Source: Methanothermobacter marburgensis str. Marburg (GTDB taxonomy: Archaea > Methanobacteriota > Methanobacteria > Methanobacteriales > Methanothermobacteraceae). From it: a DNA stretch of 32,000 nucleotides. The notes beneath the pieces were generated by a model. The model was not told the DNA's origin and ran no database searches. It saw only the letters and a program-made list of their open reading frames with translations. Shown here piece by piece: positions 21,149-29,542 of this stretch. The DNA is taken from positions 120,001-152,000 of the forward strand of contig NC_014408.1 in NCBI RefSeq assembly GCF_000145295.1. The letters are read 5' to 3'. Every line of letters starts with the position of its first letter. The stretch's first letter is position 1. The position numbers and the translations under genes are program-made.

Positions 21149-22056
21149 TAGTAGGGGGACCTTCTTCTGATGGCCTCAAGAAAGAGTTCACGGAGACCCT
21201 CAAGGTCACCGGAGCTGAGGGCTTCCTTGGTGTCAACCAGGTTGTCATTCCGGAGGAGGCATGGCTTAAGCTTCCCATCAGGGGTTACCCTCAGCCTTGT
21301 ACAGTTTGCACAGAACCTCGTGTTGTCCATGGGCCTCACAACCTCCACCTCCCCGTCCCCGATGAAGTACTTCTTGCGGTCCTGCATGAACTTCCTTGTC
21401 ATTATACGGTCAGCCATCTCTGCCAGTTCAGCCTCAATGGGGGTTATGTCGCAGTGGTACCTCTCCACCCCATTATCAGGGCAGCTGTCGGTTTTCAGTA
21501 GTTCTATTATCTGCAGCACCGCGCCCTGCTGACGGCAGAACTCAAACATGTCCCATATCTCATGGTGATTGACACCCCTCAGTATCACCATGTTTATCTT
21601 GACAGGGTCGAGGCCGGCCATAACGGCACCTTCTATTCCCGCCTTAACCCTCTCAAGGTAGTCCTTCCTGGTTATGAACCGGTAGGTTTCAGGTTTGAGG
21701 GTGTCGAAGCTGACATTGACCCGGTCAAGCCCGGCATCCCTCAGGGGGACGCTGAGGTCCTCAAGGAGGGTCCCGTTGGTTGTTATGGAGATATCCCTGA
21801 ATCCGATACTGTTTATCTTCTCGACTATCTCAACAATATCATCCCTTATGAGGGGCTCGCCACCTGAAAGCCTTATTTTCTTCACACCAAGGTCAGAGGC
21901 CACCCTGCATATGTTCTCTATATCCTCTGGGCTCATCTCCTCGTCTGAACGTAAGATCCCGTCCCGGTGGCAGTAGATACAGCTGACATTGCAGCGCCCC
22001 GTCACAGATATTCTCAGCGATACCAGCGGTCTTCTGTGGTTATCATGGACCTGCAT
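21139..22056 (-). CDS. moaA: GTP 3',8-cyclase (molybdenum/tungsten cofactor biosynthesis, radical SAM)
   Basis: A 305-aa ORF with the radical-SAM motif CNVSCIYCH and the C-terminal cluster [18 protein letters not shown]. Its 3' end overlaps the nuoF-like 3' end by 10 bp in convergent orientation. Confidence 0.92.
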   Translation of the reverse strand: MQVHDNHRRPLVSLRISVTGRCNVSCIYCHRDGILRSDEEMSPEDIENICRVASDLGVKKIRLSGGEPLIRDDIVEIVEKINSIGFRDISITTNGTLLEDLSVPLRDAGLDRVNVSFDTLKPETYRFITRKDYLERVKAGIEGAVMAGLDPVKINMVILRGVNHHEIWDMFEFCRQQGAVLQIIELLKTDSCPDNGVERYHCDITPIEAELAEMADRIMTRKFMQDRKKYFIGDGEVEVVRPMDNTRFCANCTRLRVTPDGKLKPCLLRNDNLVDTKEALSSGDLEGLRELFLEAIRRRSPYYQS

Positions 22057-22070
22057 TCTCTACCCCGATA

Positions 22071-22754
22071 TTAGTCTGGTCTTTTTATGATGAGATCAAC
22101 CTTTTGATGTTTAAGGCTTTCTGTATCAAGGGCATCCACCATGCCGAGAACAGTCCTTGCTATGAAGTTCTGGACGAAGGGGTTCAGGGGGACGGGTTTT
22201 CCATTTACCCTGAGGAGAACCCTATCAGGCTGGCTCTTACAGTTTGTATCATCTGCATCACCCTGAACCTTTGCCTTTGCAAACTCTCTGCATGATTCAA
22301 AGCCGCACTTACCGCAGTTGAGGTCCTGAAGGAGGCCGTAGCTTCTTCTTTCTATGAGCTCAATCAGGTCATCCACTTCATCGATTTTGAATGGATCAAC
22401 AACCTTCAGGGTGAATTCTCCCGGTGTGGATGTTGATATGTTGGCATACTCCATTGACTTGAAGCCCTCAACCACAAGGAAGTCGATGTCGTCCAGCATC
22501 TCAAGGACACCCACAACCTCAGGGAGGTCCATCCCCCTCTCGATAAGGAAGAAGGTTTCCCTTCCAGTTCCTGCAACTATCTCTGCACCGGCCTTCCGGT
22601 GCCTGTCAGTGTCCTTGCCTGGAAAATCAAATCCCCCATGGGTATGCTTGAGGGTCGCGACCCGGTAACCCGCATCCACGAGTTTTCTGACGATTTTCTC
22701 AACCAGGGCGGTTTTGCCGGTGTCCTTGGTGCCTGTCACCCATACTATCCTCAT
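22071..22754 (-). CDS. mobB: MobB-like P-loop protein fused to a CX2CX4CX16C Fe-S domain
   Basis: The N-terminal Walker A (VTGTKDTGKT) and overall MobB pattern are followed by NCGKCGFESCREFAKAKVQGDADDTNC, the RnfB/AcsC-type putative Fe-S cluster motif, and an uncharacterised tail of about 50 aa. It lies 14 bp upstream of moaA on the same strand, so it probably forms an operon with it. Confidence 0.8.
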   Translation of the reverse strand: MRIVWVTGTKDTGKTALVEKIVRKLVDAGYRVATLKHTHGGFDFPGKDTDRHRKAGAEIVAGTGRETFFLIERGMDLPEVVGVLEMLDDIDFLVVEGFKSMEYANISTSTPGEFTLKVVDPFKIDEVDDLIELIERRSYGLLQDLNCGKCGFESCREFAKAKVQGDADDTNCKSQPDRVLLRVNGKPVPLNPFVQNFIARTVLGMVDALDTESLKHQKVDLIIKRPD

Positions 22755-22826
22755 ACTTTCACCTCTTCATAAACTTTATTTTATGTGGGGATAAATTTTC
22801 ACTATAAAAAATTAGCTGAAGATAAC

Positions 22827-25490
22827 ATGAAGGGGACTGTAAAATTCAGGATCGATGGAAGGGAAGTTGAGGCAGCCCGGGGGATGACGGTTCTCGAGGC
22901 AGCCCTTGCAAACGGCATCTATATACCGAACCTCTGTTTCAGGGAGGGTATTGAACCATTTGGGGGCTGCAGGCTCTGTCTGGTTGAGAACAACGAGGGG
23001 CGTCTGGTCACGGCATGTGAAACACCTGCAGAGGATGGTTCTGAGTTCATATCAGAGTCTGAAAGGATAAACAGGATCAGAAGAACCACTCTATCTCTGA
23101 TAATAGCTGACCACAGCAGGGATTGTCTTGCATGCCCCGCATCAGGTGACTGCAGACTCCAGGAGCTTTCATCGTACCTCAACGTATCTGATGGGGACCT
23201 TGAGAGGCTGAGGCCTGAGCTTTCAGGGATTGATGTGGATGAATCCAACCCGTTTTTCCTGAGGAACCACGATAAGTGCATCCTCTGCGGCATATGTGTC
23301 CGTGTCTGCAGGGGACTGGGTGCAGAGGCGGTTGATTTTGCATACAGGGGCCATGACACAAGGATAGCCACCTTCATGGACAGGGATATACTTGATTCAA
23401 GCTGCGTCTCATGCGGTGAATGCGTCGAGGCATGCCCGGTGGGCGCCCTCCTACCCAGGACTGAGAGACCCTCCACCGAGGTGAGGACTGTATGCCCCTA
23501 CTGCGGCGCCGGCTGCGAGATATACCTCGGGGTGAGGGGGAACCGGGTTGTGAGTTCAAGGGGTGTCCCTGATAGCCCTGTTAACCAGGGAAGGCTATGC
23601 GTGAAGGGGAGGTTCGCCCTTAAATTTGTAAACAGTCCCGAAAGACTTAAAAAACCCCTGATAAAGGTTGATGGGGAGTTTGTAGAGGTAGAATGGGATG
23701 AGGCCATCTCAGTTGTGGCCGAAAGGCTCTCTGAATACACTGGGGAAGAGTTTGCGGCTGTGGCCTCTGCCAAGTGCACCAATGAGGAGAACTATCTGCT
23801 GCAGAAGTTCACAAGGGCCGTTATGGGGTCAGGGAACATTGACCACTGCGCAAGGCTATGCCATGCCCCATCACTTACCGGTCTCAGAATGAGCCTGGGC
23901 AGCGGTGCAATGACCAACTCCATATCTGAACTGGGGGCTGCCGGGTGTATACTGGCAGTGGGAACCAACCCAACAGAGACACACCCTGTAACCTCCTACA
24001 GGGTAATCAGGGCCCTGAGGTCACGTGCAAGGCTGGTTGTGGTGGATCCAAGGAAAACCCGGTTATCAGAACTTGCAGATATCCATCTCCAGAACAGACC
24101 GGGGTCTGACATCCCACTTTTAATGGCAATGTGCCGCTTCATACTGGAGGAGGGCCTCCACGACAGCGAATTCATAGATTCCCGCACAGAGAAATTTGAG
24201 GACTTCAGAGACGCTGTCATGGCCCTGGATCTTGATGAGGTGGAGAGGATAACCGGGGTTAACGTTAAGGACATAAGGAGAGCCGCAATAATGTACGCAT
24301 CCAATTCCCCGGCATCCATAATATATTCAATGGGCATCACCCAGCACGTTAATGGGACTGGCAATGTGCTTGCACTCAGCAACCTGGCGCTTCTTACAGG
24401 TAACATCGGTATAAAATCAGCCGGCATCAACCCGCTGAGGGGTCAGAACAACGTTCAGGGGGCCTGTGATATGGGGGCGCTTCCCGACCTCCTCCCGGGG
24501 TATCAGGGCATTGGTGAGGCTGCAGGGAAATTCTCTGAGAAATGGGGTTCACCTATCCCCCCGGCAGGGTTGACACTTCCTGAGATGTTTGATGCCGCAA
24601 GGGACGGAAAAATAAGGTGCATGTACATAATGGGTGAGAACCCACTTCTGAGCGAACCTGACATTGAAAGGACCCGGGAGGCCCTTGAGGGCCTTGAATT
24701 CCTTGTGGTCCAGGATATATTCCTCACAGAGACAGCCGAACTTGCCGATGTGGTTCTGCCCGCGGCATCCTTTGCAGAGAAGGACGGGACATTCACCAAC
24801 ACCGAGAGAAGGGTTCAGCTTCTGAGAAAGGCGCTGGATGCCCCGGGGGATGCTCTCCCTGACTGGCAGATAATCTCCATGATTGCAGGGCGGATGGGAA
24901 GGGAGGACTTTGATTATGAATCAGCGTCCAGAATATTCGATGAGATAAGGGAACTTGTACCCTCATATGCTGGCATCTCCCATGAAAGGCTGAAATCTGG
25001 AGGGATACAGTGGCCCTGCACATCAGAGGAGGACGCTGGAACAGGATATCTTCACTCTGAAGAATTCCCAACACCCACAGGAAGGGCATCGTTCCTGCTG
25101 CCTGATTACCAGTTCAGGGGGGTCCCGGAGGAGTATCCCCTGGTCCTTGTGACAGGGCGAAACCTCTACCAGTACCACACAAGGTCCATGACTGCAAGGG
25201 TGGAGGAACTGGAATCATTCTCAGACCATGAGGAGCTTCTCATGAACCCCGCTGACGCCTCCTCTATGGGTATAAGGGAGGGGGATACTGTTGAGGTCAC
25301 ATCAGAGAGGGGCTCCCTCAGGGTGAGGGCAGGGGTTACAGATGAGGTGATGGAGGGCGTGGTATTCATGACATTCCACTTTGCAGATGCCCCTGCAAAT
25401 GTCCTCACAGGCGGAGACAGGGACCCCTTTTCAGGGATGCCTGGACTCAAGTTCACACCGGTCAGGGTGTGTCGCGTCCAGCTAAGATAA
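22827..25490 (+). CDS. Formate dehydrogenase alpha-subunit homologue of the NAD-linked type (NuoG-like N-terminus plus Cys-type molybdo/tungstopterin catalytic domain)
   Basis: The N-terminus has a [2Fe-2S] pattern CX10CX2CX12C, the His-ligated cluster motif HSRDCLACPASGDC and two ferredoxin motifs (CILCGICVRVC, CVSCGECVEACP). Then come the MopB cluster CPYCGAGC...C and the active-site stretch NIDHCARLCHAPS, which has a Cys-His pair where E. coli FdhF has Sec-His. I prefer the ATG at 22827 to the GTG at 22785. Confidence 0.88.
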   Translation: MKGTVKFRIDGREVEAARGMTVLEAALANGIYIPNLCFREGIEPFGGCRLCLVENNEGRLVTACETPAEDGSEFISESERINRIRRTTLSLIIADHSRDCLACPASGDCRLQELSSYLNVSDGDLERLRPELSGIDVDESNPFFLRNHDKCILCGICVRVCRGLGAEAVDFAYRGHDTRIATFMDRDILDSSCVSCGECVEACPVGALLPRTERPSTEVRTVCPYCGAGCEIYLGVRGNRVVSSRGVPDSPVNQGRLCVKGRFALKFVNSPERLKKPLIKVDGEFVEVEWDEAISVVAERLSEYTGEEFAAVASAKCTNEENYLLQKFTRAVMGSGNIDHCARLCHAPSLTGLRMSLGSGAMTNSISELGAAGCILAVGTNPTETHPVTSYRVIRALRSRARLVVVDPRKTRLSELADIHLQNRPGSDIPLLMAMCRFILEEGLHDSEFIDSRTEKFEDFRDAVMALDLDEVERITGVNVKDIRRAAIMYASNSPASIIYSMGITQHVNGTGNVLALSNLALLTGNIGIKSAGINPLRGQNNVQGACDMGALPDLLPGYQGIGEAAGKFSEKWGSPIPPAGLTLPEMFDAARDGKIRCMYIMGENPLLSEPDIERTREALEGLEFLVVQDIFLTETAELADVVLPAASFAEKDGTFTNTERRVQLLRKALDAPGDALPDWQIISMIAGRMGREDFDYESASRIFDEIRELVPSYAGISHERLKSGGIQWPCTSEEDAGTGYLHSEEFPTPTGRASFLLPDYQFRGVPEEYPLVLVTGRNLYQYHTRSMTARVEELESFSDHEELLMNPADASSMGIREGDTVEVTSERGSLRVRAGVTDEVMEGVVFMTFHFADAPANVLTGGDRDPFSGMPGLKFTPVRVCRVQLR

Positions 25491-25654
25491 GATGTGTGCC
25501 ACCAAAACACTCATTTATATTATTATCTATTGCTGGCTGACCAGGGACGTGTGCTAACAACACACCAATATATATATATTTTTCTATTTGTTTTTTGTAG
25601 AAAATTATTATATACATAGTGGTTAAATGTGTGATTAACACACATGGTGACCCT
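25491..25654 (+). promoter_or_regulatory. fwd operon promoter region with TATA-like boxes and GTGTG/CACAC inverted repeats
   Basis: An AT-rich 130-160 bp spacer with TTTATATT (25513-25520), a (TA)n tract (25567-25580) and ATTATATA (25606-25613). It also has inverted repeats GTGTG-N7-CACAC (25549-25565) and ATGTGTG-N5-CACACAT (25627-25645). The transcription start is not determinable from sequence. Confidence 0.5.
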
Positions 25655-26131
25655 ATGCCGAAACATATAGTTTCTGGACTCAAATACATAGCAGCCGTAA
25701 ACCTAACAAAACAGGGCCATTCACAGAGAGAGATAGCCAAAGCTCTGAAGATAAACAGATCAACTGTTTCTCACTACCTCAACGGGAGAAACCTCTCATG
25801 GAGGTCAATAGAGATTGCAAGGGTAATAACAGAGATGTGTCCAAGGGATTTCCTTCTTCTCACCCACTCCCTTACACAGAACACAGAGATGACAAGGACG
25901 ATAGTGAAGACATGCCAGCAGAGGGAATTCAAGGGAAACGTCAGGAACTCATGTATTGGGTGCGGGCTATGTGTGGACACATGCCTCAGGAAGGCCATAA
26001 CCCTCCGAGACCTCAAGGCACATGTGGATTCCGAATGGTGCTGCGGGTGTCTCATCTGTGTGGATATGTGTCCAACTGATTCTATAGAAATAAAGGAGGT
26101 AGAAATTGATGGAAACGACCGAAGTAATTGA
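25619..26131 (+). CDS. fwdH: FwdH: helix-turn-helix domain fused to a 2x[4Fe-4S] ferredoxin domain (first gene of the fwd operon)
   Basis: Its position is that of fwdH in the known fwdHFGDACB order. The N-terminal HTH is [25 protein letters not shown], and the C-terminal motifs are [11 protein letters not shown] and [12 protein letters not shown]. The start is GTG at 25619 or ATG at 25655. Confidence 0.8.
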   Translation: MVKCVINTHGDPMPKHIVSGLKYIAAVNLTKQGHSQREIAKALKINRSTVSHYLNGRNLSWRSIEIARVITEMCPRDFLLLTHSLTQNTEMTRTIVKTCQQREFKGNVRNSCIGCGLCVDTCLRKAITLRDLKAHVDSEWCCGCLICVDMCPTDSIEIKEVEIDGNDRSN

Positions 26132-27158
26132 AGGTAAGAATATTACCGTGGAGCGGACCGGCGAAGAAAACAGAAAGTTGATCTTCCAGGATTGCCTCTG
26201 CGCTGTGTGTGGACTGTGTGGCGAGATATGCCCGGTCAGTGCAATCGAGGTTAACCCAACAGGTGCAATGGTCAGAACAGAACAGGACGAGTCAAAGATA
26301 CTTATCGATGAGAACAAATGTGTCCTCTGCGGTATGTGCAGTTCAATCTGCCCATTCCAGGCTCTTGACCTTCAGATCGATGGAACATCCATAAAAGAAC
26401 TTGCAGAATACCCTAAAATCCTTAAATCAGCCGAAATTGATGATGAAACATGCATACAGTGCAAGGCATGTGAAACAGCATGTCCACAGGACGCCATAAC
26501 CATAACAAGGGAACTTCCAGAAAGGAAGGACCTCATCACAGGTGAAATCGAAATAGACAAGGACACCTGTATATACTGTGGCATGTGCGAGGAAATGTGC
26601 CCGGTTGATGCCATAGAGATAGAACACCAGATACCAAGTTCATCAAGCCCAACCGTTGCAACCGACATCAACGTGGACGAGGACAAATGTGTTCACTGCG
26701 GAATATGTAAGAGGATCTGCCCTGTTGACGCCATAATGCAGGTCTGCAGGATCTGCCCATACGGCGAATACGAGATAAAGGTCCCTGAGGTTACAGGAAC
26801 CTCCTACATCGACCCTGAGCTCTGTGTGAACTGCGGCTGGTGCCAGGAGATCTGCCCTGTTGATGCTGCAACAGTGACTAAGCCATTCGAGGGAGAACTG
26901 ATAATCGACCAGGATACCTGTCAGGCATGTGAGACCTGCGTGATGGCATGCCCATGCAACGTTCTCTCATTCCCGAAACCAGAGAAATCCGGTGAAAAAC
27001 CAACCAAGCTCTACAAGGACGAAAGATTCTGCATATACTGCGGAGCATGTGAGAGATCATGCCCTGTGAACGCCATAGAGGTTAAGAGGAGCAGAATAAA
27101 TACAACTCCAATCAAATCAAAGGCATGGAAGAACGCCTTTGAATCACTACTCAAATAA
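26109..27158 (+). CDS. fwdF: Tungsten formylmethanofuran dehydrogenase subunit F (polyferredoxin, eight [4Fe-4S] motifs)
   Basis: It has eight CX2CX2CX3CP motifs ([12 protein letters not shown] ... [12 protein letters not shown]). AGGAGGT lies 8 nt upstream of the ATG at 26109. Confidence 0.92.
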
Positions 27159-27172
27159 ATGGAGGTAATCAG

Positions 27173-27421
27173 ATGGCAATTGGACTTAAGGCATACCCTG
27201 AACTCTGCCATGGATGCGGAAACTGTGTGATCGCATGTCCCGTGAACGCCCTCAGAAGCCCGGAAGTTGCCGGTGGAAAGGGCCCAACAGATGATGTTGA
27301 GATCATCATGATAGTGGAGGACGGGGTTGTAAACATAAAAAACCCTGACCTTTGCGGAAAATGCGGCACATGTGTTGAAAGCTGCCCTGTGGACGCAATA
27401 AGACTGGAGGAGTTAGAATGA
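27173..27421 (+). CDS. fwdG: Tungsten formylmethanofuran dehydrogenase subunit G (2x[4Fe-4S] ferredoxin)
   Basis: An 82-aa ORF with the motifs CHGCGNCVIACP and CGKCGTCVESCP and a GGAGGT SD. Its stop overlaps the fwdD start (ATGA). Confidence 0.9.
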   Translation: MAIGLKAYPELCHGCGNCVIACPVNALRSPEVAGGKGPTDDVEIIMIVEDGVVNIKNPDLCGKCGTCVESCPVDAIRLEELE

Positions 27422-27810
27422 TGGTCATACTCAACACAGGAAGGACAATATGGCAGGGACAGGCCATAGAATCAGGTAAGGATCTTAAAATGTACGTGGA
27501 TGCAGCTGCAATAATTCAGATGAACGCTGACATGATGAAGCAGCTCGGGATAAACGAAGGAGACAACGTCAAGGTCATATCAGAATATGGAGATGTGGTT
27601 GTCAAGGCTGTTGAAGCAAAGGAACCACTACCAGATGGAATGGTCTACATACCAATGGGCCCATGGGCCAACAGGGTCATAAGACCAGATACAGATTCAA
27701 CAGCAACACCCAGCTTTAAGAATGTACCGGTGGAGATCATACCCACCGATGAAGAGGTTCCTGACATGCCCACCCTCATGAAGGTCTACGGTAAGGTAGG
27801 TCAGATTTAA
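27418..27810 (+). CDS. fwdD: Tungsten formylmethanofuran dehydrogenase subunit D (pterin dinucleotide-binding beta-barrel domain)
   Basis: A 130-aa ORF with the typical FwdD/FmdD pattern (VILNTGRTIWQGQAIESGK ... MVYIPMGPWAN) at the expected position in the operon. Confidence 0.9.
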   Translation: MMVILNTGRTIWQGQAIESGKDLKMYVDAAAIIQMNADMMKQLGINEGDNVKVISEYGDVVVKAVEAKEPLPDGMVYIPMGPWANRVIRPDTDSTATPSFKNVPVEIIPTDEEVPDMPTLMKVYGKVGQI

Positions 27811-27832
27811 TTGGTTCAGCGGGAGGATTCAA

Positions 27833-29542
27833 ATGGAATACATAATCAAAAACGGATTTGTTTACTGTCCTCTTAACAACGTCGATGGAGAGAAGATGGA
27901 CATCTGCGTCAGGGATGGTAAAATAGTTGAGAGCGTCAGTGACTCCGCAAAGGTCATTGATGCATCTGGAAAAATTGTGATGCCTGGAGGTGTCGACCCA
28001 CACTCCCACATAGCAGGTGCAAAGGTCAACGTGGGAAGGATGTACAGGCCAGAAGACAGCCGAAGGGACGCTGAAAAGTTCAAGGCAGGAAGGGCCGGAA
28101 GCGGTTTCTCAGTACCATCAACCTTCATGACAGGTTACAGGTACGCCCAGATGGGTTACACCACCGCAATGGAGGCGGCCATGCCACCACTCCTTGCAAG
28201 GCACACCCATGAGGAGTTCCATGACACACCCATAATAGACCATGCGGCATACCCACTCTTCGGTAACAACTGGTTCGTGATGGAGTACCTCAAGGAGGGA
28301 GACGTGGATGCATGCGCAGCCTACGCCTCATGGCTCCTCAAGGCAACAAAGGGTTACACAATAAAGATAGTTAACCCCGCAGGTACAGAGGCCTGGGGAT
28401 GGGGTGGAAACGTCCATGGAATCCATGACCCTGCTCCATACTTTGACATAACACCTGCAGAGATCATAAAGGGACTCGCAGAGGTTAACGAGAAACTCCA
28501 GCTACCACACTCAATACACCTCCACTGTAACGACCTGGGACACCCTGGAAACTATGAGACAACCCTTGCATCCTTCGACGTGCCAAAGAACATAAAGGCA
28601 AACCCTGCAACAGGTGAAAGGGATACAGTTTTATACGCCACACACGTCCAGTTCCACAGCTACGGCGGAACCACATGGAGGGACTTCGTATCAGAGGCAC
28701 CAAAGATCGCAGACTACGTCAACAAAAATGACCACATAGTCATAGACGTTGGTCAGATAACCCTTGATGAGACCACAACAATGACAGCCGACGGCCCAAT
28801 GGAATACGACCTCCACTCACTCAACGGCCTCAAATGGGCAAACTGTGACGTGGAACTCGAAACAGGTTCAGGTGTCGTCCCATTCATATACTCAGCAAGG
28901 GCACCTGTCCCAGCTGTCCAGTGGGCAATAGGTATGGAGTTATTCCTGCTTATCGACGACCCAGCAAAGGTCTGTCTCACAACAGACAGTCCAAACGCCG
29001 GTCCATTCACAAGGTACCCAAGGGTCATAGCCTGGCTCATGAGCAACAAGTACAGGATGAACCTCATCGAGGGAGAACTCCACAAGTGGGCCCAGAGGAA
29101 GAGTACCATAGCAACAGTTGACAGGGAATACACATTCTCAGAGATAGCCCAGATCACAAGGTCAACATCTGCAAAGGTCCTGGGTCTCAGCGAAACCAAG
29201 GGGCACCTTGGAGTCGGTGCAGATGCAGACATCGCGGTATACAACATCAACCCTGAAACAGTCGACCCATCAGTCGATTACATGGCAATTGAGGAAGGAT
29301 TCTCAAGGGCAGCATACGTCCTCAAGGATGGAGAAATAGTGGTTAAGGACGGAGAAGTAGTGGCCTCACCACATGGAAGAACCTACTGGGTTGACACCCG
29401 GGTTGATGAGTCAACCTACAACGAGGTACTTGCCAAGGTGGAGAGCAAATTCAAACAGTACTACTCTGTTAACTTTGCAAACTACCCTGTGCAGGACGAG
29501 TACCTGCCAAAATCCGCTCCAGTTAAAGGGGTGATGCTATGA
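27833..29542 (+). CDS. fwdA: Formylmethanofuran dehydrogenase subunit A (amidohydrolase-fold, formyl-MFR-forming site)
   Basis: A 569-aa ORF with the metal-binding GGVDPHSHI motif of the amidohydrolase superfamily at the expected position in the operon. Confidence 0.92.
   Translation: MEYIIKNGFVYCPLNNVDGEKMDICVRDGKIVESVSDSAKVIDASGKIVMPGGVDPHSHIAGAKVNVGRMYRPEDSRRDAEKFKAGRAGSGFSVPSTFMTGYRYAQMGYTTAMEAAMPPLLARHTHEEFHDTPIIDHAAYPLFGNNWFVMEYLKEGDVDACAAYASWLLKATKGYTIKIVNPAGTEAWGWGGNVHGIHDPAPYFDITPAEIIKGLAEVNEKLQLPHSIHLHCNDLGHPGNYETTLASFDVPKNIKANPATGERDTVLYATHVQFHSYGGTTWRDFVSEAPKIADYVNKNDHIVIDVGQITLDETTTMTADGPMEYDLHSLNGLKWANCDVELETGSGVVPFIYSARAPVPAVQWAIGMELFLLIDDPAKVCLTTDSPNAGPFTRYPRVIAWLMSNKYRMNLIEGELHKWAQRKSTIATVDREYTFSEIAQITRSTSAKVLGLSETKGHLGVGADADIAVYNINPETVDPSVDYMAIEEGFSRAAYVLKDGEIVVKDGEVVASPHGRTYWVDTRVDESTYNEVLAKVESKFKQYYSVNFANYPVQDEYLPKSAPVKGVML

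Noticed and set aside
25567-25580. (TA)n microsatellite-like tract
   Set aside because: It consists of six to seven TA units within an AT-rich promoter spacer. It is most simply part of a TATA-like region, and there is no evidence of phase-variable function.
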